Shown piece by piece: positions 1-12,496 of a DNA stretch of 48,219 nt. Source of the DNA: Caecitellus pseudoparvulus. Its lineage: Eukaryota > Protista > Bigyra: Bicosoecida. The notes under the pieces are model-generated. The model was not told the DNA's origin, did no database searches, and saw nothing but the letters and a program-made list of their open reading frames with translations. The DNA lies in assembly GCA_965644315.1 (NCBI GenBank), contig CBFFRQ010000114.1, positions 1 to 48,219 of the forward strand, given 5' to 3'. The first letter of the stretch is position 1; each line of letters starts with the position of its first letter. A program made the translations under genes and the position numbers.

Positions 1-3000
1 TGCTGTGCGGTGGTACCGGCGGGCGGCGGAGCAGGGTCATGCTGGTGGGCAGTGCAGGCTGGGGGACATGTACCGGGACGGGCGGGGCGTGGGCAAGGAT
101 GTGGGTGAGGCTGTGCGGTGGTATGAGGCGGCGGCAGCGCAGGGGCATGGTGGAGCGGCGCGGGCGCTGGAGGGTATCCGTGATCTGGACATCCCGGCTC
201 CATCGCCAGCACCAGCACCATCGCCAGCACCAGCTCCAGCTCCGGCGCCAGCACCAGCACCAAGACCGGGTGTGAGTGATGTGGTGCGTGCATGCCGAGC
301 GGAGGCTGAGAAAGGCGACGCGGATGCACAGCTCAAGCTGGGCATGATGTACCGGGATGGGAAGGATGTGGCACAGGACTTCGTTGAAGCTGCCAAGTGG
401 ATCTTGGCTGCCGCGGAGCAGGGCCATGCCGGCGCCCAGAACCGGATGGCCACCATGCTCAAGGTGGGCCAAGGTGTGGCACGGGATGACGAGGCTGCCG
501 TGCGGTGGTATCGACGTGCAGCAGAGCAGGGTTATGGAGGGGCCCAAGTGAATCTCGGCACCATGTACAGGGATGGGCGGGGCGTGCAGCGTGATGAGGG
601 GGCTGCTGTGCGGTGGTACCGGCGGGCGGCGGAGCAGGGTCATGCTGGTGGGCAGTGCAGGCTGGGGGACATGTACCGGGACGGGCAGGGCGTGGGCAAG
701 GATGTGGGTGAGGCTGTGCGGTGGTATGAGGCGGCGGCAGCGCAGGGGCATGGTGGAGCGGCGCGGGCGCTGGAGGGTATCCGTGATCTGGACATCCCGG
801 CTCCATTACCTACACCTGCACCACCACCAGCACCAGCTCCAGCTCCGGCGCCAGCACCAGCACCAAGACCGGGTGCGAGTGAGGTGGTGCGTGCATGCCG
901 AGCGGAGGCTGAGAAAGGCGACGCGGATGCACAGCTCAAGCTGGGCATGATGTACCGGGATGGGAAGGATGTGGCACAGGACTTCGTTGAAGCTGCCAAG
1001 TGGATCTTGGCTGCCGCGGAGCAGGGCCATGCCGGCGCCCAGAACCGGATGGCCACCATGCTCAAGGTGGGCCAAGGCGTGGCACGGGATGACGAGGCTG
1101 CCGTGCGGTGGTATCGACGTGCAGCAGAGCAGGGTTATGGAGGGGCCCAAGTGAATCTCGGCACCATGTACAGGGATGGGCGGGGCGTGCAGCGTGATGA
1201 GGGGGCTGCTGTGCGGTGGTACCGGCGGGCGGCGGAGCAGGGTCATGCTGGTGGGCAGTGCAGGCTGGGGGACATGTACCGGGACGGGCGGGGCGTGGGC
1301 AAGGATGTGGGTGAGGCTGTGCGGTGGTATGAGGCGGCAGCAGCGCAGGGGCATGGTGGAGCGGCGCGGGCGCTGGAGGGTATCCGTGATCTGGACATCC
1401 CGGCTCCATCGCCAGCACCACACACCAGCACCAGCACCAGCACCAGCTCCAGCACCCAGCACCGGCACCAGCACCAAGACCGGGTGCGAGTGAGGTGGTG
1501 CGTGCATGCCGAGCGGAGGCTGAGAAAGGCGACGCGGATGCACAGCTCAAGCTGGGCATGATGTACCGGGATGGGAAGGATGTGGCACAGGACTTCGTTG
1601 AAGCTGCCAAGTGGATCTTGGCTGCCGCGGAGCAGGGCCATGCCGGCGCCCAGAACCGGATGGCCACCATGCTCAAGGTGGGCCAAGGCGTGGCACGGGA
1701 TGACGAGGCTGCCGTGCGGTGGTATCGACGTGCAGCAGAGCAGGGTTATGGAGGGGCCCAAGTGAATCTCGGCACCATGTACAGGGATGGGCGGGGCGTG
1801 CAGCGTGATGAGGGGGCTGCTGTGCGGTGGTACCGGCGGGCGGCGGAGCAGGGTCATGCTGGTGGGCAGTGCAGGCTGGGGGACATGTACCGGGACGGGC
1901 GGGGCGTGGGCAAGGATGTGGGTGAGGCTGTGCGGTGGTATGAGGCGGCGGCAGCGCAGGGGCATGGTGGAGCGGCGCGGGCGCTGGAGGGTATCCGTGA
2001 TCTGGACATCCCGGCTCCATCGCCAGCACCAGCTCCAGCTCCAGCACCAGCACCAGCTCCAGCACCAGCACCAACACCAGCACCAAGACCGGGTGTGAGT
2101 GATGTGGTGCGTGCATGCCGAGCGGAGGCTGAGAAAGGCGACGCGGATGCACAGCTCAAGCTGGGCATGATGTACCGGGATGGGAAGGATGTGGCACAGG
2201 ACTTCGTTGAAGCTGCCAAGTGGATCTTGGCTGCCGCGGAGCAGGGCCATGCCGGCGCCCAGAACCGGATGGCCACCATGCTCAAGGTGGGCCAAGGCGT
2301 GGCACGGGATGACGAGGCTGCCGTGCGGTGGTATCGACGTGCAGCAGAGCAGGGTTATGGAGGGGCCCAAGTGAACCTCGGCACCATGTACAGGGATGGG
2401 CGGGGCGTGCAGCGTGATGAGGGGGCTGCTGTGCGGTGGTACCGGCGGGCGGCGGAGCAGGGTCATGCTGGTGGGCAGTGCAGGCTGGGGGACATGTACC
2501 GGGACGGGCAGGGCGTGGGCAAGGATGTGGGTGAGGCTGTGCGGTGGTATGAGGCGGCGGCAGCGCAGGGGCATGGTGGAGCGGCGCGGGCGCTGGAGGG
2601 TATCCGTGATCTGGACATCCCGGCTCCATGCTACCTACACCTGCACCAGCCACCAGCACCAGCTCCAGCATCCGGCACGCCAGCACCAGCACCAAGACCG
2701 GGTGCGAGTGAGGTGGTGCGTGCATGCCGAGCGGAGGCTGAGAAAGGCGACGCGGATGCACAGCTCAAGCTGGGCATGATGTACCGGAGTGGGAAGGATG
2801 TGGCACAGGACTTCGTTGAAGCTGCCAAGTGGATCTTGGCTGCCGCGGAGCAGGGCCATGCCGGCGCCCAGAACCGGATGGCCACCATGCTCAAGGTGGG
2901 CCAAGGCGTGGCACGGGATGACGAGGCTGCCGTGCGGTGGTATCGACGTGCAGCAGAGCAGGGTTATGGAGGGGCCCAAGTGAACCTCGGCACCATGTAC

Positions 3001-5187
3001 AGGGATGGGCGGGGCGTGCAGCGTGATGAGGGGGCTGCTGTGCGGTGGTACCGGCGGGCGGCGGAGCAGGGTCATGCTGGTGGGCAGTGCAGGCTGGGGG
3101 ACATGTGCCGGGACGGGCGGGGCGTGGGCAAGGATGTGGGTGAGGCTGTGCGGTGGTATGAGGCGGCGGCAGCGCAGGGGCATGGTGGAGCGGCGCGGGC
3201 GCTGGAGGGTATCCGTGATCTGGACATCCCGGCTCCATCGCCAGCACCAGCACCAGCACCAGCACCAGCACCAGCCCCAGCTCCAGCTCCAGCACCCGCA
3301 CCAGCTCCAGCACCCACACCGGCACCGGCTCCAGCACCAGCTCCAGCACCCACACCGGCACCGGCTCCAAGACCGGGTGCGAGTGAGGTGGTGCGTGCAT
3401 GCCGAGCGGAGGCTGAGAAAGGCGACGCGGATGCGCAGCTCAAGCTGGGCATGATGTACCGGAGTGGGAAGGATGTGGCACAGGACTTCGTTGAAGCTGC
3501 CAAGTGGATCTTGGCTGCCGCGGAGCAGGGCCATGCCGGCGCCCAGAACCGGATGGCCACCATGCTCAAGGTGGGCCAAGGCGTGGCACGGGATGACGAG
3601 GCTGCCGTGCGGTGGTATCGACGTGCAGCAGAGCAGGGTTATGGAGGGGCCCAAGTGAACCTCGGCACCATGTACAGGGATGGGCGGGGCGTGCAGCGTG
3701 ATGAGGGGGCTGCTGTGCGGTGGTACCGGCGGGCGGCGGAGCAGGGTCATGCTGGTGGGCAGTGCAGGCTGGGGGACATGTACCGGGACGGGCGGGGCGT
3801 GGGCAAGGATGTGGGTGAGGCTGTGCGGTGGTATGAGGCGGCGGCAGCGCAGGGGCATGGTGGAGCGGCGCGGGCGCTGGAGGGTATCCGTGATCTGGAC
3901 ATCCCGGCTCCATTACCTACACCAGCACCAGCACCAGCACCAGCACCAGCCCCAGCTCCAGCTCCAGCACCCGCACCAGCTCCAGCACCCACACCGGCAC
4001 CCACACCGGCACCAGCTCCAGCACCCACACCGGCACCGGCTCCAAGACCGGGTGCGAGTGAGGTGGTGCGTGCATGCCGAGCGGAGGCTGAGAAAGGCGA
4101 CGCGGATGCACAGCTCAAGCTGGGCATGATGTACCGGAGTGGGAAGGATGTGGCACAGGACTTCGTTGAAGCTGCCAAGTGGATCTTGGCTGCCGCGGAG
4201 CAGGGCCATGCCGGCGCCCAGAACCGGATGGCCACCATGCTCAAGGTGGGCCAAGGCGTGGCACGGGATGACGAGGCTGCCGTGCGGTGGTATCGACGTG
4301 CAGCAGAGCAGGGTTATGGAGGGGCCCAAGTGAACCTCGGCACCATGTACAGGGATGGGCGGGGCGTGCAGCGTGATGAGGGGGCTGCTGTGCGGTGGTA
4401 CCGGCGGGCGGCGGAGCAGGGTCATGCTGGTGGGCAGTGCAGGCTGGGGGACATGTACCGGGACGGGCGGGGCGTGGGCAAGGATGTGGGTGAGGCTGTG
4501 CGGTGGTATGAGGCGGCGGCAGCGCAGGGGCATGGTGGAGCGGCGCGGGCGCTGGAGGGTATCCGTGATCTGGACATCCCGGCTCCATCGCCAGCACCAG
4601 CACCAGCACCAGCACCAGCACCAGCCCCAGCTCCAGCTCCAGCACCAGCTCCAGCACCCACACCGGCACCGGCTCCAAGACCGGGTGCGAGTGAGGTGGT
4701 GCGTGCATGCCGAGCGGAGGCTGAGAAAGGCGACGCGGATGCACAGCTCAAGCTGGGCATGATGTACCGGAGTGGGAAGGATGTGGCACAGGACTTCGTT
4801 GAAGCTGCCAAGTGGATCTTGGCTGCCGCGGAGCAGGGCCATGCCGGCGCCCAGAACCGGATGGCCACCATGCTCAAGGTGGGCCAAGGCGTGGCACGGG
4901 ATGACGAGGCTGCCGTGCGGTGGTATCGACGTGCAGCAGAGCAGGGTTATGGAGGGGCCCAAGTGAACCTCGGCACCATGTACAGGGATGGGCGGGGCGT
5001 GCAGCGTGATGAGGGGGCTGCTGTGCGGTGGTACCGGCGGGCGGCGGAGCAGGGTCATGCTGGTGGGCAGTGCAGGCTGGGGGACATGTACCGAGACGGG
5101 CGGGGCGTGGGCAAGGATGTGGGTGAGGCTGTGCGGTGGTATGAGGCGGCGGCAGCGCAGGGGCATGGTGGAGCGGCGCGGGCGCTC
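1..5187 (+). repeat. Coding tandem array: 8 full units plus 1 partial, nearly identical, period 603-675 bp
   Basis: The unit anchor ccaagaccgggt recurs at about 260, 863, 1474, 2083, 2692, 3367, 4042 and 4675. Length differences are confined to the ccagca/ccagct microsatellite linker. Confidence 0.95.
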
Positions 5188-5211
5188 AAGTTGGTCCGTG
5201 AGTCGCTTTGA
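2..5211 (+). CDS. Sel1-like repeat (SLR) protein, 5'-incomplete; tandem units of 4 SLRs joined by (Ala-Pro)n linkers; frameshift in the linker near 1420-1460
   Basis: ORFs 5..1561 and 1495..5211 encode the same repeats with the SLR consensus (G-x-A-x-AQ-x-x-LG-x-MY-x-x-G-x-GV-x-x-D...A-x-x-WY-x-x-AAEQ). The frame switch falls in a low-complexity ccagca linker. Stop TGA at 5209-5211. Confidence 0.9.
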
Positions 5212-5480
5212 ATGTAACGTCACAGATTTTGAAGGAATGAGTGTTCGTGCATCAACAATGTTTCTCTTTGACGCACCGCGTTTGCAAGTCATGTATTGTT
5301 CTTTGCATTGAGCTGAAGAAGTGAGGTGCTGCCTTGGTTTGTCTGTTCCCTTCAAGTGAGAGTTGATGAGTTGTGGAGGAGTTTCTAGGTTTGCTTGTTG
5401 GCGTGCGAGGGGCTTGATGCAGAGCTCGTCAGACTAAATTGGCTTCGTGGCTTCCACTGAGCTGCATTGGGTCAAACTGC

Positions 5481-6545
5481 TCACGCATGCCCCGCACCAC
5501 GAGACCTTAGCAAGAGCGTCGCACGCCGCCCATGCCGAGTGCTGGTCCCAGCCCACACTGCATCACGTCCAGCTTGCACGATTGACATACCTTTGTGTCG
5601 CCAGGTGTGCAGCGGGATGGCCCTGTCACCAGTGAGGCCTAGAAGCTCGCGCACGACGTCAGTGCTTCCATTGCAGCATGCCACTCGGAAGGCTGCATCT
5701 GGGCTTTCATCATCCGCCGCATGCACATCCACTAACCGCGCCCCAGTGAGTGCCAGCAGCTCACGCACAATGTCAGCTTGGCCAAAGTAGCATGCCCACC
5801 GGAAGGCAGCCTCAGGTCCTTGCCAATCCCTCGCGTGCACATCCACTGCCCGCACCCCAGTGAGTGCCAGCAGCTCACGCACGATGTCTGCGTCGCCATT
5901 GGTGCATGCGGCTCGGAAGGCAACCTCAGGTCCACTCTCATCAGCCGCGTGCACATCCACCTCTCGCGCCCCAGTCAGGGCCAGCAGGTCACGCACAATG
6001 TTTGCGTGGCTGTTGGTGCATGCCTGTCGGAAGGCAGCCTCGGGTCCATGATCATCTTCTGCATGTACATCGACTTCCCGCGCCCCAGTGAGAGCTAGCA
6101 GCTCTCGCATGATGTCCTGGTGGCCATTGCCGCATGCCTCTCGGAACGCAGCCTCAGGTCCGTCCCAACCTCTCGCGTGTACATCCACCTCTCGCGCCCC
6201 AGTCAGGGCCAGCAGCTCACGCACAATATCTGTGTGACCATTGGCGCATGCCTCTCGGAAGGCGGCCTCAGGTCCATCCTCATCTTCTGCGTGCACATCC
6301 ACCGCCAGGCGACCTGTAAGGCGCAGCAGCTCACGCATCAATGTCAAATGTCCTTTCTGGCATGCAACTTCAAATCCAGTAGTTGTTTCAGAACTTGCCA
6401 GGGCCTCAGCCAAAGTGGCGCTCTGAGCGCTTGCTCGCTGCAAGATGTGCCACAGCTGATCTGCATCCTTCTCTTCACAAGCGGCTATCCACTGGGCCTT
6501 TAGATCTGCTGGGCCGTCAAATGCTGCCATGGTGAGTGACGCCAT
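5481..6545 (-). CDS. Ankyrin-repeat protein with long (~39 aa) repeats
   Basis: ORF 5481..6644 has repeats of VDVHA-x-D-x-x-GPEAAFR-x-AC-x-NGH-x-DIVRELLALTG. The start is placed at the ATG of MASLTM (6545) and is uncertain. Confidence 0.85.
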   Translation of the reverse strand: MASLTMAAFDGPADLKAQWIAACEEKDADQLWHILQRASAQSATLAEALASSETTTGFEVACQKGHLTLMRELLRLTGRLAVDVHAEDEDGPEAAFREACANGHTDIVRELLALTGAREVDVHARGWDGPEAAFREACGNGHQDIMRELLALTGAREVDVHAEDDHGPEAAFRQACTNSHANIVRDLLALTGAREVDVHAADESGPEVAFRAACTNGDADIVRELLALTGVRAVDVHARDWQGPEAAFRWACYFGQADIVRELLALTGARLVDVHAADDESPDAAFRVACCNGSTDVVRELLGLTGDRAIPLHTWRHKGMSIVQAGRDAVWAGTSTRHGRRATLLLRSRGAGHA

Positions 6546-7586
6546 GATACCAGTGGCCGACGTTGAAGTTCGAGCCAATGCCTGAGACAAGCTCGTGCAA
6601 GTGAAGCACTGTGATTGTGAGTAGAAGTGCAGCAGATGTGCCACAGGGGAATTCTTCTAACAATGATGCTGCCAAGCCTGTGGACATGCAAATGTAGCGG
6701 CCGTGTCGGTATTGTGCGCAGAATGCGGCAGGGCGCCTGGTGCGGAAATCGCAACGGCAAGCGACACGCCAGCGCGACACGCACCACCTCCTGACACAGT
6801 GCAGGGAACGACAGGCTCACAGAAATAGCGACCTGAAGAATTTCATTGCATGCTGATTTCCAGGCAGAATTTCCGTCGCCCGTGGCAAGATTCGGTTTGG
6901 TTTGTGCAAAGGCAAAGAGTGTCCAGCTTGGCCTGGTGTATGAAGCCGTGGCAGGGCCAGGCCGGCGGGGACGTGCGGCGAAGAGATACGCCAGAAGGAC
7001 GCATGGGCAGGCTTTTTCTGTGACCCAAGCCAGTGCTGACAAAGTCTCCAGCACCGAGTTGGCACGCCACGCCAAAGGAACGCCACTTTCAAGGCTTGGG
7101 AACGCCAGGGGAACGATCCACCCAAACACCACTGCCAGGAATATCGCAGCTATGGTGCACTCTTCACGTCTCAAAGGAATATGTTTTGGTGAATTCTTGT
7201 TCATCGAGCTGCCTCCAGCCCCACTGTGGCTGTCCAAGCTATTGTACAACCCGGTATGACGCTGACTTCGCCCCTGCCAGCGTATTCTGCCACGTGCAAC
7301 CTGCACCCAATGTTGTTGATTACAAGACTCACCCTTTGACACGTCTCACTGCGCACATCATGTGTACTATTCGCCTGTGGGGGTTCTTCATCAAGCATCG
7401 CCGTGAAGGCATGGTCAAGGTGCAGGAAGCCTTCTAGCGAGACCTCATGCGCCCCTTCGAGCACAAGGTTGACTCCAGGAAAAAAACGCTGTTCAGATAG
7501 CAATCCTCTCTCGGTGCATGCTCTGAGGCTCATCATACACTTGCCCAAGCCGTACGCCGAGCCAGGAAGCGCGTTGTGGGCAGGGC

Positions 7587-10500
7587 TTGGTAGACATTGA
7601 CAGTGTGCACTTCCTGGACGCCACTGGCAGTAGAGTGTCCCTGCTGAGCGATGCGACACAGGTCACGTGTGGATGGGCAGGCGTGCAGGACGTTCAGACA
7701 CCAGTGGTGAGCATTGAAGTGGAGCTTGTGGAGGTGACGGCGGGTGGGACTGGCTCTATCGTGCCGCTGTCCAATGTGCTGTCCCTGGGACCAGGTGAGG
7801 GCCAAGCCACCTTCAACCCCGGGAGCGATGGGGTGCCGGACCCCCTCCCTGAAGGCAGCTTCTTGGCCTGCAGTGTGAAAGCGATCAACGCAGCAGGCCT
7901 TGCGCGCCGAGCAGTGGGGCGCCCTGTACCCTTGGTGACAAGTGGGCCCACTGCCGGTATCGTGCGCGATGGCGCTCGAATGGGCGGCGACGTGGACTCT
8001 TTTGCTGACTGCAGTCAGGTGGCTGCGAACTGGGACTTTTTCGTGGACCCCTCTGGCATCGCAGCGTACGAGGTTGCGCTGGGCAGCGCGGCAGGGCTGG
8101 ACGACGTCATGCCCTGGACAGTCGTGGCATGCGCACGGCGTGGGCTGCGACAGGCCTCGAATTGACGCCTGGGAGCACCGTGTACACCAATGTGCGCGCC
8201 ACGAACATGGCGGGGCACGCCAGCATCGCCTCCTCGGATGGCTTTGCATGTGACGAGACGCTGCTTTCCCTGGCTGGTACGAGTGCACAGACCCTGCTGC
8301 TGACGGCGTTCGGGATCGGGGATCCTGCGGGGCGCAGCACGTGTGTCTGTGCCGACCCCAATGCTGCATTTGTGCCCGACTTCACGCACGGTGGAGGAGT
8401 GTGCCAGCGTGAGCCGGGCTTCGTGCTGAACGCGACGAGCAAGTCTTGCCAACCCTGCGCCGTGCCCGCCTGCAAGCAAGTGCTGGGCAACGACCCCGCC
8501 CTCTGTGACGCCTGCAACTCGGGTGCCACTGGGATTGCTGCCCCCAGCCCGCCAATGTCTTCAGATGCCCCAGCTCTACAGTGTGCTCCAGGCACCTACC
8601 GAGAGGCGGCCGGTGGCGCCTGTGCCCCCTGCCCCCTCGGCACGTACAAGCCCACCCACGGCGCCTCCGTCACTGAGTGCACTCCTTGCGCGCCCTCCAT
8701 GTCTGGCGCAGCAGGCGCCTTTGCACTGACGTTTGATGCCGCTGCAGATGCCGAGAGCGGCTTGTCTGCGGTGGTCGTTTCAGCTGGCACTTCCCAAGGT
8801 GGCACACAGCTCGCGCCCCCTGCCGCCGTGCCTCTGGACTCCCTGAACACATTCCTGGCCTCCAACATTGTGCACGGGCAGCGAGCCTACTTCTCCCTTA
8901 TTGTCGCAAATGGCGCTGGCGAGTACACCAGCAGCACCGCTCGCACGGGTGCAGTGGACGCCACTGGCCCCACCCTGCTGCGGGTGTGGGACTCGCTGCG
9001 GGCGCCCCTGGATAGCGATGAGCTGGCTGCATATTTTGACGCGGCAGCCACGGCATCTGCAGACTTCCTGGCGCTGGCATGGGAGGGTGCAGCGGATGCC
9101 GAATCTGGCCTGGAACACGTGCAGTGCATGTGGGGCACCAGCCCCGGTGCAGAGGACGTCGTGGCAGCGTCCCAGGCAGTTGTGCATGCGCTGCCTGGCT
9201 TGGCCTCAGGCACGTGTTCTGCTGTGCCCGGCTCTGCTCCGAGCCAGGGCGACGTGCTGTACGGAACGGTCGTGTTGACCAGCGCCGCTGGCCTGCAGAC
9301 GTACGCCTTCGCAGACGGCATCGTGGTGGACACGGCAGCACCTGTGCCCACTTGGCTGTCAGGGTCTGCTGCCTGCAGGGGGCATGTAGGGTCCACTCCG
9401 CCTGCTGAGAACATATTCCTGCCAGTCGGAACACCAGTGCACGCCTGTTGGCGGTGGCACGACTCTGTGGCGACTGCAGGCTCCCTGACCTACGAGGTGT
9501 CTGTTGTGAATGCTTCGTCTGGAGTTGCAGTGCTGCCGTGGACTACTCTGGGCACGGCACAAGAGGTATCGCTGCTTCCGCCTGCAGCTGGTCTGGACAC
9601 GAACGCCACCCTGTCCGCGACAACTCTGTCTTTGCCGCTGGGCAGTGGGCAGAAAACGTTGATCCTGTCGGTGAGGGCGACGGACAGCGCTGGGAACGTT
9701 GCAAACACGAGCAGTGGAAGCATCTTCATCGGGCAAGAGGCAGCCTTCTCAGGCTCCATTGCACCTGTGCCGCTGACTGTCAGCGGCAGTGCAGGCGAGC
9801 TGTGTTGCTTCCAGCAGAACACAACTGCCGTGGCTGTGCAGTGGACTGTGGCTTCTCAGGCTCCTGTACACTCTGTGCAGATCTCCCTTGGCACTCAGCC
9901 AGGCTTGCGAGACTTGCGAGGCGCACAGCCAGTGCCGCTGGACCAGCTGCAGGCTCTGCAAGGCGAGCTGCTCGTGTCTGGCTTGAACCTCGCCAGTGGC
10001 TCACAGGTGTTTCCCAACCTCCACGTGCAGTCCAGTGACGGCTGGACGAGTGTCGCCTCCAGCGTGGGTGTGACTGTGGATGCAGTTTGGAGTGCGCCAA
10101 TGCAGCAGCCGCTGTCCATGGCGCTGGCGGCGAGCAGCACCCTGGATGCAGATGGCGTTTGGCAGGGCACAGTGCACAACCAGCGGGCTCTGGCCCGTGC
10201 GCTGCACCCCCTTGCTGCGTCCGTCCTGGGTGAAGCGCCTTCTGCCGTGGAAGGGCAGCTGGCATTCGTGCCAGCCCAAGGCACCCAGCTCAACGAGGGG
10301 TCTCTGGCCGCTGCGGCGTTCACGCAGGCCACAGGCCTCACCTTCACAGCTGACGCGCCTTGGGACGCCCAGTCAGGCATCGCAAGCGCCGCATGGGCGC
10401 TGCTGCCTGTGAACGCCTCTGCATGTGCCGAGGCAGCCGCTTGCGCTGCACATGTTCAACACATTGCTACAGTCTGGAACGCCACCCCCTCGTCCGCTCT

Positions 10501-12496
10501 GGCCACCACGGACGGCCGCATGCGATTCGAGGTTGGGCGCGATTTCCTGGTCGATGCAAGCGACCTGCCCCATGTTGTGGCTGTCAAGGTGGCGAATGGT
10601 GCAGGTGCCGCATCCCTCGCGCTGTCCCCTCTGCTCATCGTGCAACCGCCTGTGCTGGTGCCTGGACTCGTCGCCTTCCCTTCGGCACACCCAGTGGCAC
10701 ATCTGCCTGGCGTGATGACGGCCCAGCATGGCAACGCCCTGCACGCGACACTGCGCCTGCCTCTGCTGCCCTTGGTGCCGCTGACCAGCGTTCAGTACCA
10801 AGTGAGTGTCCTGGCAGACGACGGTTCCATCACGCGAGTGTCAGGTGGCGCATTTGATCCAGCCACACTTGCGTCTGCAACAACAGATACGGCAGTGGAG
10901 CTTGCCCTGCAAGACTTGTCCCTGCCAGCCTCCCTCGTGCCAGGTGGCTCAGTCGTGCGAGTGGACGTTACGACGGTGACGGCCTTGGGCGCCAACCTCC
11001 TCACCAGCTCGCCACCCCTCCTGTTGGACTCCAGCATGCCGGAAGGCGGGCAGGTGCACTTCGCAAGCCGTCTCCTGGACCTGAGCATCAGTGCTGTCCA
11101 AGACGCCGTCCAAGCAGGCAGCACACTTGCGTTGGACCCGCTGCCAGTCGCGGACGTTGAGAACTTGGAGCCGTTGGTGTGGGTGGATGCAGTGGAGCAT
11201 GGCGTTGAGGTGCAGCTTGGGCAGTGGAGTGACGCCCAGAGCGGCATGCGGCAGGTGTGTGCCTTCCTGTCCACGACACCTGCGGGCTGGACACAAGGCT
11301 CCGAGCCTGACAGAGTTTGTGGTGCGACCACCCCTGCAAGTTTGGTGCTGAATGTGACGAGCATCGTCCCAGAGCCTGCAGCTGTCATTTGGCTCACGGT
11401 GGTCGCGGAGAACGGGGCCGGCATTGCGGCACGCGGTTTCGCTCCACTGGCCCTGCTGGACACAACCCCGCCTGCAGAGGACGCTCCAGCTGGACTGTGG
11501 GTGGGGGCTTTGGCTGCAGAGCAGGCCAGCGCCTGCACCCATACTGCACAGCTGGCCGCTGCGGAGGGGGACATGGCGCTGAGTGAACGCGCCCCGCAAG
11601 TGACGGCCCGTGTAGGGCACGTCACGTACCGCGCACAAACCGATGCGCCCGTCGTGCTGCATTGGGCTGGCATTGCAGACCCCGAGACAGGCGTCGCTGG
11701 GCTGGAAGTCCTGCTGGTCACTGGCGCAGGCTTGGCCGCTCCCACAGCGCTGGGTGTGGCAGCCAATGATTCAATCAGCCAAGATAGCTGGATCTTCCTC
11801 AACACAGATGGTCTCTCGACCCCCCAGGAGTTCGTCGGACTATCCATGGATGCCCGCCCCCTCTTCGGCACTTTGAGCATGTGCCAAGGCAGCACGGCGT
11901 CTGACGGAGCAGTGGTCCTGTCGCCCATTCCAGCCGCCGAACGCGCCGCGTCCGAAGCCTGGTTGCTGCACTCTGAGCGCCTTGCCCTCGTTCTGAGGGC
12001 GACGAACGGCGGCGGGCAGCAAACGCTGCTCAGTGCGCCTGTCGCCATGACCGACGGCACGGGTCCAGTGTGGCCTGGCGGCATCACTGCTGTGGTTGAC
12101 GGTGCCGTGCCTGGGCTGGATGCTGACTGCATCGTCGCCCCCACAGCCTTGCACATTGCCTGGGTCCAAGCCACGGATGACGAGAGCGGGCTCGCTGGCT
12201 ACTGGTGGTGTCTGGGCAGCATCCCTGGCGCAGATGACAAGCACCCCTGCACCTGGGCACCGGCATCAGCTGAAGGTGTGTCAGTTCCTGCAGCCTTTGA
12301 AGGCATGTCCGATGCGGCAGATACGCCAACTGTCGCCTTGCAGCGAGATGAAGTGATTTTCGCAACGGTGCGGGCGGTGAATAACGCCGGGCTGGAAACT
12401 CGCGCAGATTCAGACGGCATCCGTGCCTTATGCGACCCAGAGGCTGACTCCACCTGTGATGACGGCGGTCGTCGCGTGCTGTGCTTTGCGCTTTGA
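7587..12496 (+). CDS. Large probably extracellular protein with FN3-like beta-sandwich repeats (W-x-x-x-x-D-x-ESG motifs) and Cys-rich TNFR/GCC2-like segments; frameshift at ~8126; 5' end unresolved
   Basis: ORFs 7587..8165 and 8129..12496 share recurring DAESG/DPSGI/DAQSG/DPETG/DDESG motifs and V-x-A-x-N-x-AG strands, plus CAPGTY...CPLGTY. One extra G at gtggc (~8126) joins them. Coding probably extends upstream of 7587 through another frameshift. Confidence 0.7.

Noticed and set aside
1-5187. CRISPR-like or non-coding repeat array; antisense and alternate-frame ORFs
   Set aside because: The repeats are in-frame coding units with no unique spacers, and the shadow ORFs are by-products of GC-rich repeats.
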